DNA of 64,000 bases from an uncultured Phycisphaerales bacterium (GTDB lineage: Bacteria; Planctomycetota; Phycisphaerae; Tepidisphaerales; Tepidisphaeraceae). The translations under genes and the position numbers were made by a program. The DNA is taken from positions 32,001-96,000 of the forward strand of contig CAVWVQ010000003.1 in the NCBI GenBank assembly GCA_963758525.1. The letters are read 5' to 3'. Below, piece after piece: positions 39,711 to 50,062 of this stretch. The notes beneath the pieces are model-generated. The model had not been told where the DNA came from, did no database searches, and saw only the letters and a program-made list of their open reading frames with translations. Every line of letters starts with the position of its first letter. The first letter of the stretch is position 1.

Positions 39711-41741
39711 CTACAAATGCACTCGCCGCGTATAGACATACCATTCGACCAACAGCAATGGCAGCGCTCCGCACAATGCGATCCACCACCACAGCTCCAA
39801 TCGCGAGCGCGAGTCCTTCACTTCCTCCACCGCCGCGTTGACATCGCCTGGGGGAGCGTCGGACGGCACCAGATTGCTCTCGTTGGCGTCCAGCAGATTC
39901 ACCGCCAGTTGCTCGTACTGGGGAATTGCCGGCTTGGTCGTGTATATGCCCACGCGCTCCAACGGCGGCAGTGCGAAATCGCCGGCGGCGGGGATCGTCA
40001 GGTCCATTGACATCGAGGGACCGATCAACTGAATCTTCTTCAGCGACGGATCGAGTTTCAGCAGATTCGCCCGCGGAATCACCGGCGATTCGCCCGGCTC
40101 GTACGAATGACGAACGTCCATCTCTGAACCGACGGCCAGATACTCCATCGCGTTTTGCAGAAACATTGGAAAGCTCACTTTCAGCGGCCAATTGCTCTGC
40201 AACACGTCAAACGCCACGATCAAATGCGTTCCCGTTTTCTCCCGGTCCAGCACGATCAATGGCCCCTTGAGCCCGTCCAGCAGGACCTCGACCTGGTCGG
40301 GAACGTCAAGCTTCGCGGCCTCGGCAACATACAGCTTGCTGAGCGCCAGCTCATGCAGAATCGGATGATCGCGCTTCCAATCCAGCACGCCGACGTCTTT
40401 CAGTACCACCGTCTGCCGGCTTGCGTCCTTGACAACCTTGACCTTCAGATCGGCGGGAAGCTCCGCCCGGGGTCCGTCGAGAAAATAAAGGAAGCTTCCT
40501 GCAGGCGGAAGTTTTTTCGGCGAGTAGCGATCGAACAAAATGACGTCGAAGTCGCCCGGCAGCGCTTTCTCGTATGCCGCCGGTGACATCACGACCGGTT
40601 TCTGCAGCCCCAGACTGCTCATCGCCCGCTCGAGAAAATAGTTCCCTTCCGTCACCAGGCAGACCGCCAGCGTCTTGGGCGGCGGCACGACCACTTGCGC
40701 CACGTCGTCGGCGGCAAGTTCGTCTCCGTCCTTGAGCATCTGCTCGACCTTGATCACCGCCGAGCTGGTCAGATCCAACTGAAACTCGACGCTGTCCACT
40801 TCCGGCCGGCCTCCCTGCTTGTCGTACGCATCGCGTTTTTCCTGGGACCATCGGGCTGGAAGGAGATAGACGTTTCGCGTCTGCGATCCCTGCATGCCGA
40901 CAATCTCCCCATCCACGCTCAGTTGGACGGGCACTTCAACCGGATCGGGCCCATCGTTGGCCAGTCGCGCAAAGACCTGCACTTCCGTCGGCCGTTCGTA
41001 GTTTCGCCTGGCATTGAGCGCAACGATGCCGACATTGCGCGCCGAATCGGTCCCGATCTTCTCGAAAATCAAGTTGCCGCGCAGCGTGAGATCCGCCGGA
41101 TCATCCAGGACTCTGCCATCGGAGAACAGGCGGACGTCGAAATGGCTCGCGTCGGAAACATGGACCTGGTCGGGGTTGAAGTTGCTTTGCCCGTCGGCAA
41201 GCTCGTAAGCGAGCTTCAGTCGCGACCGCCGGTCGCTGGGGGTGATGGAATCGATGGCGCGGCGCAATGCCGTAGCATCGCTGGTCCAAGGCTGAAGCGT
41301 GCGGGCCGAATCATCGAACGCAACGACCATTGCCGTCGCATGACGGCCCATCGAATCGACCACTTCCTTGGCGCGTCTTTTCGCTTCGTCGAGGCGTGAA
41401 TGTCCGTCGATGTCCTGTGCCGACATCGATGCTGAGCGATCGATCAGCAATACAGTCGCCTTGCCGGCGCCCGGACGATAGTTCGTGACGGGCCGCGAGA
41501 GCGCCAGGAGGAGGAGGAGCAGGAGCAGCAGTTGCAGAAGCAGCAGCAGATTGCGCCGCAGCCGCTGAAACGGCGCATTGACCTGGAGGTCCTCGATCGC
41601 CTTGCGCCACAAGAGCGTTGAGGGCACGTCCATCGACTGTCGCCGCAGCTTGAGAAAGTAGAGGATCAGGAGCGCGGGAATCGCGAGCGACGCCGCGAGG
41701 AGCGCCGGAAGCGTGTTGAGGAAATGGGGAAACCAGGACAT
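39711..41741 (-). CDS. BatA-type N-terminal TM plus VWA domain protein
   Basis: ILYFLKLRRQ..VPSTLLW, LALSRP, LLIDRSASMSA MIDAS, LFSDG, C-terminal ELWWWIAL..LLVEW. Confidence 0.85.
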   Translation of the reverse strand: MSWFPHFLNTLPALLAASLAIPALLILYFLKLRRQSMDVPSTLLWRKAIEDLQVNAPFQRLRRNLLLLLQLLLLLLLLLALSRPVTNYRPGAGKATVLLIDRSASMSAQDIDGHSRLDEAKRRAKEVVDSMGRHATAMVVAFDDSARTLQPWTSDATALRRAIDSITPSDRRSRLKLAYELADGQSNFNPDQVHVSDASHFDVRLFSDGRVLDDPADLTLRGNLIFEKIGTDSARNVGIVALNARRNYERPTEVQVFARLANDGPDPVEVPVQLSVDGEIVGMQGSQTRNVYLLPARWSQEKRDAYDKQGGRPEVDSVEFQLDLTSSAVIKVEQMLKDGDELAADDVAQVVVPPPKTLAVCLVTEGNYFLERAMSSLGLQKPVVMSPAAYEKALPGDFDVILFDRYSPKKLPPAGSFLYFLDGPRAELPADLKVKVVKDASRQTVVLKDVGVLDWKRDHPILHELALSKLYVAEAAKLDVPDQVEVLLDGLKGPLIVLDREKTGTHLIVAFDVLQSNWPLKVSFPMFLQNAMEYLAVGSEMDVRHSYEPGESPVIPRANLLKLDPSLKKIQLIGPSMSMDLTIPAAGDFALPPLERVGIYTTKPAIPQYEQLAVNLLDANESNLVPSDAPPGDVNAAVEEVKDSRSRLELWWWIALCGALPLLLVEWYVYTRRVHL

Positions 41742-41767
41742 ATGCAACGGTCGCTTTTGCGCAAGCT

Positions 41768-42822
41768 CTAAGCCGGGTCCTTGTCCGTTCCGTCAAACAA
41801 CCCATCCTGAGCCGCCGGCGGGGGATTATATTTCAGTCCGAGATGCTCGTACGCCGGCCTGGTCGCGCGGCGTCCCTGGCGCGTGCGGGTGACGAAAGCC
41901 TTCTGCAACAGGTACGGCTCAATCACGTCTTCCAGTGTGTCGCGCTCCTCGCCCATGGTCGCCGCGATCGCTTCGATCCCTACCGGCCCGCCATTGTAGA
42001 CTTCGATAATGGTCCGGAGAAACGTGCGGTCCTGCTCGTCAAGGCCGCGGCCGTCAATTTCCGCCAGATCCAACGCCGCCTGCGTGATCGGGACGGTGAG
42101 CTTGCCGTTCCCTTCAACAGTCGCGTAATCCCGGGTGCGGCGCAGCAGTCGATTCGCAACCCGCGGCGTTCCCCGGCTGCGCCGGGCCAGCTCCCACAAG
42201 CTGTCGTCATCAGCGTTGAGCTTCAGCGACCGCGCGTTGGCGCGAAGGATTTCATGCAGAGACTCGGGACTATAAAACTCGATGTGCTCGCTGATGCCGA
42301 AGCGCCGCGCATCGGCCCGGTCAACAGCCCGATCCGCGTGGTCGCACCGATCAGCGTGAATGGCTGCACCGGAATTGTCACCGTGCGGGCGTGCGCGCCA
42401 TGATCGAGCATCACATCCACTTTAAAGTCTTCCATCGCCGGGTAGAGGTATTCCTCCACGATAGGACTGAGGCGGTGGATTTCGTCGATGAAGAGCACGT
42501 CGCCGGGACCGAGTTTCGTGAGGATGCCGACCAGATCCGCGCCCTTGGTCAGCGCCGGGCCATTGGTAACGTGGACCTGCGCACCCACTTCGTTGGCGAC
42601 CACATGCGCCAGCGTCGTCTTGCCCAGCCCGGGCGGCCCGTGCAAAAGGGTGTGATCGACCGGCTCTTTGCGGCTGCGGGCCGCCTGCACGGCAATGCTC
42701 AGCTTGCGAATGAGCGAATCCTGGCCGATGTACTGCGCGAACCGCAGCGGACGGAGCGCGAAATTTTCGCGCTCCTCCGCCTCTCCGCCCGATTCGCCGG
42801 TGACAATTCGTTCACGCGCCAT
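41768..42822 (-). CDS. ruvB: Holliday junction branch migration helicase RuvB (frameshift near 42305)
   Basis: [59 protein letters not shown]. Confidence 0.95.
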
Positions 42823-42893
42823 CAGGATTCACTTTTACCGCCGGAGGCGCTGGAACGCGAACCTTCAACGCCACGCGGGGGTGCGAGTCCCCC

Positions 42894-43532
42894 CTATCCC
42901 CTCGGCGAGCGCAAGCGAAGCATCTCGCGCACAAATGCGTCGGTGCTCTTCATCTGCGGATTGCTCGACCGCGCCCGGTCCAGCAGAAGCTCCGCGTCGA
43001 CGCGCTTTTCTCCCAGCGCCATCAAGGTTGCGATCGCATCCTCCTCTTCCGCCACGCGCGAGCGAGCGGATGCGACGGGTCCGCCGCGCGTGGCATTCAC
43101 CGCCGTCGCGTAGGGTGCCGCTTTTCCCGCAAGCTCAGCGACAATCAACTCCGCCATTCGTTTGCCAATCTGCGGCAGCTCGACGAGAAACCGCGTGTCG
43201 CGCGACTCGATCGCCTGGGCGATCTCCCCCACCGGCAGCGCCAGCGCCCGCAACGCCTTCTTCGGGCCGATCCCCTTGACCGTAATGAACAGTTGAAAAA
43301 AACGCTTATCCTCAGCGCGCAGGAATCCCACCAGCCGCGGCTCGATGTTCCCCCCGCCGGCATCCCCTTCGAGATAGAAGATGGTATGAAAGGTGATCTC
43401 CTCCCCCACCGTGTTCCGCAGAAACTCCACGTCAAACGCGGCCACGAGCAATTCGCAGACGAGTGGCCCCACGCGCACGTGGGCACGATCTTCGTCCACT
43501 CGAATCAGGTCGCCGGTCAGGGAGGAAATCAT
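42894..43532 (-). CDS. ruvA: Holliday junction DNA-binding protein RuvA
   Basis: MISSLTG, FITVKGIGPKKAL, LPQIGKRMAELIVAEL, DAIATLMALG; adjacent to ruvB. Confidence 0.93.
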   Translation of the reverse strand: MISSLTGDLIRVDEDRAHVRVGPLVCELLVAAFDVEFLRNTVGEEITFHTIFYLEGDAGGGNIEPRLVGFLRAEDKRFFQLFITVKGIGPKKALRALALPVGEIAQAIESRDTRFLVELPQIGKRMAELIVAELAGKAAPYATAVNATRGGPVASARSRVAEEEDAIATLMALGEKRVDAELLLDRARSSNPQMKSTDAFVREMLRLRSPRG

Positions 43533-43554
43533 TGACGGCGAGTGTAGCGGACAG

Positions 43555-43762
43555 AAACCCGAATGACGAAACCAGAAACCAGAATCAAAGAATCAAATCC
43601 GAAACCCGAATGACGAATGTCGAAGCTCAGTTCGTGCAACACGCGCTCGGAACATTAATACGATCGAAGTGCCAAGTCGCACGAGTTATCCTCTTCATTT
43701 GGTCATTCGTCATTCTGGTTTGATTCGTTTTGATTCGGGGATTCTGGTTTCGTCATTCGGGT
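43555..43762. repeat. Inverted pair of heptamer-repeat arms (GAAACCC/GAATGAC family)
   Basis: GAAACCCGAATGACGAAACCAGAAACCAGAATCAAA.. pairs with ..GTCATTCGTCATTCTGGTTTGATTC..TTCTGGTTTCGTCATTCGGGTT. Confidence 0.8.
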
Positions 43763-43838
43763 TGCAGAAGAGCTTGTATTTCGTCACAGAGCCTCGCGCT
43801 CCTATCCAAACCCGCGCCGCGCGCACTAAGATGGAGCA

Positions 43839-44762
43839 ATGCTTTACCGCACCCTTGGAAAGACCGGCTTAACCGTTTCCGTTGTCGGCATCGGAACGTG
43901 GCAATACGGAGGCGAATGGGGGAAAGACTTCACGCAGCCGGAGGTCGATGCCATGTTCGATCGCTGCCGGGACCTTGGAATCAATCTCGTCGATACCGCC
44001 GAGTGCTACGGCGATCATCTTTCGGAACGATTTGTCGGAAGCGCGGTGAAGCGAGATCGCGATCAATGGATTGTGGCAACCAAGTTCGGTCATCACTTTC
44101 ACGGCTTCCAGGACCGCACGCAGGGATACGACCCGGACGATATTCGCCGGCAACTTGAGGCATCGCTCAAGGCGCTGCAGACCGATTACATCGATCTGTA
44201 TCAGTTTCACTCCGGAAAGAACGATGAATTTCAAACGCCCGGCTTATGGGAGATGCTGGCCGAGCAGGTGAAGGCGGGCAAGGTTCGGCATCTGGGAATT
44301 TCGGTAAGCCCGCCGGACAATATTTTTCAGGTCGAACGAGCGACTTCGGTGGCGGCGCAAGCCGTGCAGGTCGTCTACAACCGTCTGGAGCGCAAGCCCG
44401 AGGCGGCGGTTCTGCCGTCATGTCAGCAGCAACAACTTGGCGTTCTGGCGCGGGTGCCGCTGGCGAGCGGATATCTCACCGGGAAATACAAACCAGGCAT
44501 GCAGTTCGACAAGTCTGACTGGCGTTCCACGGCCGATCCAAAGCGGCACGAAGAGCGGCTTCGCGAATCGCAGCGCATCCTGGAAACCGAAGTTCCGCAG
44601 AGGACCAACATGGCCCAGTGGGCACTGGCGTGGTGCCTGAGGCACGACGCGGTCGCGTGCGTCATCCCCGGCTGCAAGGACGTCAAGCAGGTCGAATCCA
44701 ACGCGGCCGGCGCGGAATCGGCGCCAAAGGATCATCCTCTGGCCGCTGCCGCCCCAAGATGA
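43839..44762 (+). CDS. Aldo/keto reductase
   Basis: GIGTW, GINLVDTAECYG, ATKFG, LQTDYIDLYQFH, GKVRHLGIS. Confidence 0.93.
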   Translation: MLYRTLGKTGLTVSVVGIGTWQYGGEWGKDFTQPEVDAMFDRCRDLGINLVDTAECYGDHLSERFVGSAVKRDRDQWIVATKFGHHFHGFQDRTQGYDPDDIRRQLEASLKALQTDYIDLYQFHSGKNDEFQTPGLWEMLAEQVKAGKVRHLGISVSPPDNIFQVERATSVAAQAVQVVYNRLERKPEAAVLPSCQQQQLGVLARVPLASGYLTGKYKPGMQFDKSDWRSTADPKRHEERLRESQRILETEVPQRTNMAQWALAWCLRHDAVACVIPGCKDVKQVESNAAGAESAPKDHPLAAAAPR

Positions 44763-45640
44763 TGGAGCCGGCGCCCCTCGATTCCGATGTGCTGGCATCC
44801 GACTGGTTCTGCGTGCGGTGCGGCTACAACCTGCGCGGTCTGAGCCGCACCGGACGCTGTCCCGAATGCAATACACCGATCCCGCGGTCGCTGCGGACGC
44901 GATACCTTGCCGGCAGAAGCCGGGAGTGGGTGCGCGACGTGCGCGACGGCGCATTGATCCTGGCCGCTTGCTATGCGGTGGAAATCCTGCGCGATGCCCT
45001 CGTCGAGGTTCCTTCGTGGATCCACCTTCCGTATGGCGTCTTCCGCGGCCTTCTATCGAATGGAACGCACCTCACGCTCTACGCGATCGAGTGCGTCGGA
45101 ATCTGGCTGCTGGCCAGGCGAGAACCTCTTTCCGTGGACCACCGATCGCTCCGCGCCGCCCTGTGGATTCGCCGGCTCTACGTCGTTGGGTTCATCGCCA
45201 GCATCATCTACCGCCTGGTCCTTGTTCCATACTTCCTGCGCGATGTCTACCGCGCGTGGGCCACCGGAGAACTGCTGCTGCTGATTGTGGTCGAAGTGCT
45301 GCTCTACAACTATCTCGCCGGCCTGGCTCAACGGATACCGGACCTGTCGCTGGCGCGCAGGTTTTCGACGCTCAAATGGCTTGGACCGTTGGCGACGATT
45401 GTGGGAAGTCTCATCCCGTCGGTGCTTCTGTACTTTCACATCTGGCGAATGCCCCCCACCCGATTCGCGCCGCACGGCACGGCTGTTTATATCGGCCATG
45501 CGCCGGCCATGGTGTTGTGCGCCGACCTGTTCAGACTCGTCGTGTTCGTATGGGCGGTGAGCGTGATCTGGAGCTTCGCGAGCGCTCTGAAGGCGGTTCT
45601 CGCGGCGCAGAGCGCCGCAGCCGATTCAATCAATCCTTGA
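44759..45640 (+). CDS. Membrane protein with N-terminal zinc ribbon
   Basis: FCVRCGYNLRGL..GRCPEC followed by about six TM helices. Confidence 0.7.
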   Translation: MMEPAPLDSDVLASDWFCVRCGYNLRGLSRTGRCPECNTPIPRSLRTRYLAGRSREWVRDVRDGALILAACYAVEILRDALVEVPSWIHLPYGVFRGLLSNGTHLTLYAIECVGIWLLARREPLSVDHRSLRAALWIRRLYVVGFIASIIYRLVLVPYFLRDVYRAWATGELLLLIVVEVLLYNYLAGLAQRIPDLSLARRFSTLKWLGPLATIVGSLIPSVLLYFHIWRMPPTRFAPHGTAVYIGHAPAMVLCADLFRLVVFVWAVSVIWSFASALKAVLAAQSAAADSINP

Positions 45641-45645
45641 GCCAT

Positions 45646-46377
45646 TCAGCGCGGCGTGTCGAGCCAGCCTGAGGGCCGCTTCCCAAACGCAACAGGCGGG
45701 CCTGCCGAAATCGGCGCTGTCCACCGCACGCCGTTTTCGATGATTCTCATTACATTCGGGTCGTGGTAGGTCGGATACGTCTCATGGCCCGGCCGGAAGT
45801 AAAAGATTCTGCCGGCGCCGCGCGTCCAGGTGCAGCCGCTGCGGAAAACTTCGCCTCCGGAAAAACTGCTGATGAGGACCGTTTCCGTTGGCTCGGGGAT
45901 GTCGAAGAACTCTCCGTACATTTCCTCGGCTGCGAGCGTGAAGTGGTCGTCGATTCCTTTGACGATCGGATGACCGGGCCGCGTGACCCACAGAATCTCG
46001 CGATCATTCGCTTCGCGCCATTTGAGATCGCACGTCGTTCCCATGAGCTTGCGAAACAAACGCGAATAATGGCCGCTGTGCAGAACGACCAGGCCCATCC
46101 CCGCGAGCACGCGCCGATGCAGGCGATCGACCACTTCATGCGAAACTTCATCGTGCGCCATATGAGCCCACCAGATCAGCACGTCGGTCTGATCGATCTG
46201 CGCCTGCGAGCATCCATGTTCCGGCTCGTCGATTGTGGCAGTGGACACCGAAAGGTCGGCGGCGCGCCGCAGATGATCGGCAATCACCTCGTGCATTCCC
46301 CGAGGGTAGATCTCAGCCACCCGCGGGTTTTTCTTCTCGTGGCGGTATTCGTTCCAGACCATCACTCGAGTCTGCAT
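45646..46377 (-). CDS. thuA: ThuA-like (trehalose utilisation) protein
   Basis: [51 protein letters not shown]. Confidence 0.88.
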   Translation of the reverse strand: MQTRVMVWNEYRHEKKNPRVAEIYPRGMHEVIADHLRRAADLSVSTATIDEPEHGCSQAQIDQTDVLIWWAHMAHDEVSHEVVDRLHRRVLAGMGLVVLHSGHYSRLFRKLMGTTCDLKWREANDREILWVTRPGHPIVKGIDDHFTLAAEEMYGEFFDIPEPTETVLISSFSGGEVFRSGCTWTRGAGRIFYFRPGHETYPTYHDPNVMRIIENGVRWTAPISAGPPVAFGKRPSGWLDTPR

Positions 46378-46399
46378 CCTGACTCCTTGAATCGCGGCG

Positions 46400-47512
46400 T
46401 TAGCGCGCGCCTTCCCACAGATACAACAATCGCGGCCGCAGGAAGCGATCGAGCGTTGCCTGATCGATTGTCACTCCGTTCACGGAAACTCCGGACGAAG
46501 CGGAGGGCGTGAGGTGCATCGCTTTGGCGTCATCCCCGAAGAGTTGGAACAGTGACATCTTCTCCTCGAAGCGGACGACCTGCGGCTTGGCCACATGGGC
46601 GGTGGCGGCGGCGTACTTCCAGGCATCCTCCAAATATCCCGTGCTGTCGATCAGACCCTCGGCAAGAGCCCGCTCGGAGGTGTAGACGCGCCCGTCGGCT
46701 ATCTGAGCGATCGCCAGCTTCAAATTGCTGCCCCGCCCCTTGCTGACAACCTGCTTGAAGCGGGCGAACGCCGAATCGATGATCCCCTGAAGATAGGCGT
46801 CGTCGCGCGGGTTGTCGGGCGCGAACATGGAGCCGGCGTTTTTGTACGTGGCGCCGCTGGAGACGATGGTGTCTTCCTGAATCCCATATGTTTCCGCCAG
46901 CTTGCTGAGATTGAACCGCGGCATGAGCACGCCGATGTTCCCCGTCAGCGTCGTGTGCTCCGCGATGAGATAATCCGCGGCACAGGAAGCGTAATATCCG
47001 CCGCTGGTCGCCATCGCGCCCATCGAAACGACGACGGGAAGACTCTTTCGCGATTTGTACAGCTCGATGCGCTGGTAAATCTCATCGGAAGCGGTCACCT
47101 CGCCGCCCGGCGTGTTGATGCGGACGACGAGCGCCTTGACGTTGCCGTCGCTCTCGACGCGCGTCATGACCCGGTCAAACCTGGCGGCGACCGTTTCATT
47201 GATTTCACCTTCCAGCGGAACGACGGCAATCTCCGTACTGGGATCGCCCGCCTGAATCGTCTGCTCCTGCCCGCCAAGCCGTGACCCGCGCATTGCCAAC
47301 AGGGCAAAGTTCAGCAGCAGCGACAGGCCCAATCCGGTCAGCAGCAAGATTGTGAAGAAAATACGCCAACCGCCGCGACGTGGCGGCGGAGGAGGACCGA
47401 AAAACGGCGGCGGCGGACGCATGTCCGGCGCCGGCGCAAACATTCCTGGTGGCGGAGGAAGAAACCCGGACTGCGGGTCAATCGGTCCCTGTCCTGAGAT
47501 CGGTGAATTCAT
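46400..47512 (-). CDS. sppA: Signal peptide peptidase SppA (S49)
   Basis: [41 protein letters not shown]. Confidence 0.9.
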   Translation of the reverse strand: MNSPISGQGPIDPQSGFLPPPPGMFAPAPDMRPPPPFFGPPPPPRRGGWRIFFTILLLTGLGLSLLLNFALLAMRGSRLGGQEQTIQAGDPSTEIAVVPLEGEINETVAARFDRVMTRVESDGNVKALVVRINTPGGEVTASDEIYQRIELYKSRKSLPVVVSMGAMATSGGYYASCAADYLIAEHTTLTGNIGVLMPRFNLSKLAETYGIQEDTIVSSGATYKNAGSMFAPDNPRDDAYLQGIIDSAFARFKQVVSKGRGSNLKLAIAQIADGRVYTSERALAEGLIDSTGYLEDAWKYAAATAHVAKPQVVRFEEKMSLFQLFGDDAKAMHLTPSASSGVSVNGVTIDQATLDRFLRPRLLYLWEGAR

Positions 47513-47545
47513 AAAAGCCTCGACGTTCTCAAACGGCCTCTTCGA

Positions 47546-48019
47546 TTAGCGAGCAGATGGACCGCGCGGCTTCCGTCGCTTGGCGGTTGTCGCTGCGCCG
47601 TTTGTCGATTTAACCCCGGCCTCGTGGTGCGCCGTGACCGTTCCCGCAGTGCCGCCGCGAACGGCAAAGTCGCCGATGACGGTCATCTCCCTCGGGGACA
47701 GCAGCGCCACCAGATCATCCAGGATCGTGTTCACCGCCGCTTCGTAAAACATCCCCTGGTTTCGATACGCGAAGAAATAGAGCTTCAGACTCTTCATCTC
47801 CACGCACAACGCATCGGGGACGTAGCGAACGGTGATCTTCGCAAAATCGGGCTGACCGGTCACCGGGCAAAGGCTGGTGAACTCGGGAAAAACAAATTGG
47901 ACTTCGTAATCTCGGCCAGGCCGGGGATTCGCGAAGGCTTCGAGAATGGATCGCGGCTCGGCAAGCTGCGCGGCGGTCAGGATCGAACGCGAACCAAGGT
48001 GTTGAAACGTGCGGGCCAT
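47546..48019 (-). CDS. queF: NADPH-dependent preQ0 reductase QueF (short type)
   Basis: PEFTSLCPVTGQPDF, VEMKSLKLY, VRGG. Confidence 0.92.
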   Translation of the reverse strand: MARTFQHLGSRSILTAAQLAEPRSILEAFANPRPGRDYEVQFVFPEFTSLCPVTGQPDFAKITVRYVPDALCVEMKSLKLYFFAYRNQGMFYEAAVNTILDDLVALLSPREMTVIGDFAVRGGTAGTVTAHHEAGVKSTNGAATTAKRRKPRGPSAR

Positions 48020-48028
48020 CGGCCGGAA

Positions 48029-48913
48029 TTATAAGGGAAACAGCAGGGGTTGCGCAGGGTTCGCCGTGATGGCGTCGATGCGCGAAAATCCGACGATGCG
48101 ATCAAGCTTGAATGTCCGCCGTTCGTTTCGCAATTGGCAGTGGGCGACGAGGATCAATTCCCCGGCCACGCGGCGCACGTGCAACGGCTCGATCGCGCGC
48201 TGCGTCCGAAAGTCACGCGCATCGATATAGTCCATCATGACCGCGCACTTTTGTTCCAGCGCCTCCTCAAGCTCGAGCGGCAGCATCCTCTGGCGCGGCT
48301 TGAGCGGTAAAAGCCCCATTGGGCCGCCCTGCGCCTGAATGACGTCGCAGAGCATTGCGTGCCAGCCGCCGATCGGCTCCAGCAACCGGCCTAGAACATT
48401 GGCGGTGGTTTGCGCATCGGCCAGGGCACGATGCGCGCCCGATGGAATCACTCCCAGCCGCGGCGCCAACCGCTGCAATCCATTGCCGCCGCGCCCGAAG
48501 CGACGCCGGGCGATACGAACCGTATCAAGAACGGGCACGGCTCCCAGAGTTTCTTGAATATCAAACCCCGACCGGCGAAATTCTCGATGCAGAAATGACA
48601 GATCAAAGCGAATGTTGTGTCCGACGACGATCGCGCCGCGAAGGAAAGCAAGGGCGGGAACCAACTGGTCGCAAAATTGCGGCTGGCCGATGACCATTTC
48701 GCTGGTGATTCCCGTCAGCGCAGTGATGCCGGCGCTGATGGGCCGGGCGGGATAGATCAGTTGCTGATATTCCCCGACAACCTGGCCGCCTTCGATCCGG
48801 ACGATGCCCAGCTCGATGACCCGGTGCCCCAGATCAGCCGACGCCCCGGTGGTTTCCACATCCAGGATCGCCAGCGGAATTTCCAACAGTGGTTGTAACA
48901 GTGAAAACGACAT
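48029..48913 (-). CDS. DEDDh 3'-5' exonuclease fused to a C-terminal WYL domain
   Basis: ILDVETTG, VGHNIRFDLSFL, LDT, HRALADA; then DY..RTQRAIEPL..LVAHCQLRNERRTFKLDRI. Confidence 0.85.
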   Translation of the reverse strand: MSFSLLQPLLEIPLAILDVETTGASADLGHRVIELGIVRIEGGQVVGEYQQLIYPARPISAGITALTGITSEMVIGQPQFCDQLVPALAFLRGAIVVGHNIRFDLSFLHREFRRSGFDIQETLGAVPVLDTVRIARRRFGRGGNGLQRLAPRLGVIPSGAHRALADAQTTANVLGRLLEPIGGWHAMLCDVIQAQGGPMGLLPLKPRQRMLPLELEEALEQKCAVMMDYIDARDFRTQRAIEPLHVRRVAGELILVAHCQLRNERRTFKLDRIVGFSRIDAITANPAQPLLFPL

Positions 48914-49037
48914 TGCCGACAGCACACTCCATTGGCTGACGTCCACCCTCTTCCCCGCAATGCCTCCGTGCCCCCTCACATCCCTTACTTCCTCACCCTT
49001 CGTGCCTACGTGCCTTCGTGCCTTCCTCCCCTTCCCC

Positions 49038-49511
49038 CTACATCTCCGTCCCAATGATAGTCGACTCAAAGACCAGGCTGCCGTCGACGACCCCCTGAAT
49101 TTTGGAGCAAAATCTGCGGTGACGCACCCATTGCTTCTGCCCCACCAGATAGAGCCGCTGCCCCGGGCGGACAGCCTGGCGGAATCGAATCGCGTCGGCT
49201 CCCCCGAAGCCGATGAATCCCTGCCATTTCTCGTATTTGCGAACGTAAAACGAGGCGAGCTGAGCCCCCGCTTCGATCATGAGCACGCCAGGAAGCAGCG
49301 GGTTGCCGGGGATGTGGCCCGCGACCCAAAACTCGTCGGCCCGCGCATCCTTGTAGCCGATGATCCGTCCCAGTTCTGGCGCGGTATAGACAATCCCGTC
49401 GAGTTGCTCCATGTCCCCGCGCTGCAGATTGCAGCGGCGAATCTCCTCCTGATCGAACACAACACGGCTCAGGTCGATGACGGAGATGTCGTAGAGCAGT
49501 TGCGGCGGCAT
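49038..49511 (-). CDS. fabZ: FabA/FabZ-family hotdog dehydratase
   Basis: EFWVAGHIPGNPLLPGVLMIEAGAQL, FRQAVRPG. Confidence 0.8.
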   Translation of the reverse strand: MPPQLLYDISVIDLSRVVFDQEEIRRCNLQRGDMEQLDGIVYTAPELGRIIGYKDARADEFWVAGHIPGNPLLPGVLMIEAGAQLASFYVRKYEKWQGFIGFGGADAIRFRQAVRPGQRLYLVGQKQWVRHRRFCSKIQGVVDGSLVFESTIIGTEM

Positions 49512-49559
49512 GATAAGCAGACAACCTGGAAACGAAGGCGAGTCTACGCGAAGCGGATA

Positions 49560-49772
49560 TTAATCAGCATCGTCGGGCGTCGATGCGGCCGCGCCCGGTT
49601 CACCTTCTTCGCGCCCTTCGAGGATCTTCTTGCGAACATCCTGGGCGGCAGACTTGATCTCCTGCATTTTCTTCCGAACGCGCGTCCCGGCGGCCTTGTT
49701 GCCTCCGTGCGCTTTGTTCACATCTTCTTCCGCCTCGGCAACCAGTTGCTTGAGCTTCTCGTATTCCTGCAT
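49560..49772 (-). CDS. Histone H1-like (Hc1-type) small protein
   Basis: GNKAAGTRVRKKMQEIK..AQDVRK motif; GGAGG RBS. Confidence 0.75.
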   Translation of the reverse strand: MQEYEKLKQLVAEAEEDVNKAHGGNKAAGTRVRKKMQEIKSAAQDVRKKILEGREEGEPGAAASTPDDAD

Positions 49773-49895
49773 GGAACCTCCGTAAGAACCTGACTTAGGG
49801 GCGAAACTCTAATGGGAGGGGTAGGGAGTGTCAATTCCAGTGAAAAATGAGGGGTGGGGGAAAAGCCCGAATGTGGGACATCCCGGCGCGCGGGG

Positions 49896-50062
49896 ACGAA
49901 ACCCGAAACCAGAATGAAATAATGAAATCCGAATGGCGAATGACCGAATGTCGAAACGAACCCTGCGGCCGCCGACAGGAGTTCTTCCCCTTTGTCCCTC
50001 TTAGTCCTAACCCTTCGTGCCTCCGTGCCTTCGTGCCTCCGTGCCTTCCTCGGGTGCCTTCC
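49896..50062. repeat. Heptamer arm (GAAACCC/GAATGAC) followed by an octamer array (TTCGTGCC)
   Basis: GAAACCCGAAACCAGAATGAAAT..GAATGACCGAATG; CCTTCGTGCCTCCGTGCCTTCGTGCCTCCGTGCC. Similar octamers at ~48960-49025. Confidence 0.75.

Noticed and set aside
41768..42822. ruvB, moxR and lolD as pseudogenes or programmed frameshifts
   Set aside because: Each has one isolated shift with otherwise intact motifs, and similar shifts occur throughout the window, so assembly error is more parsimonious.
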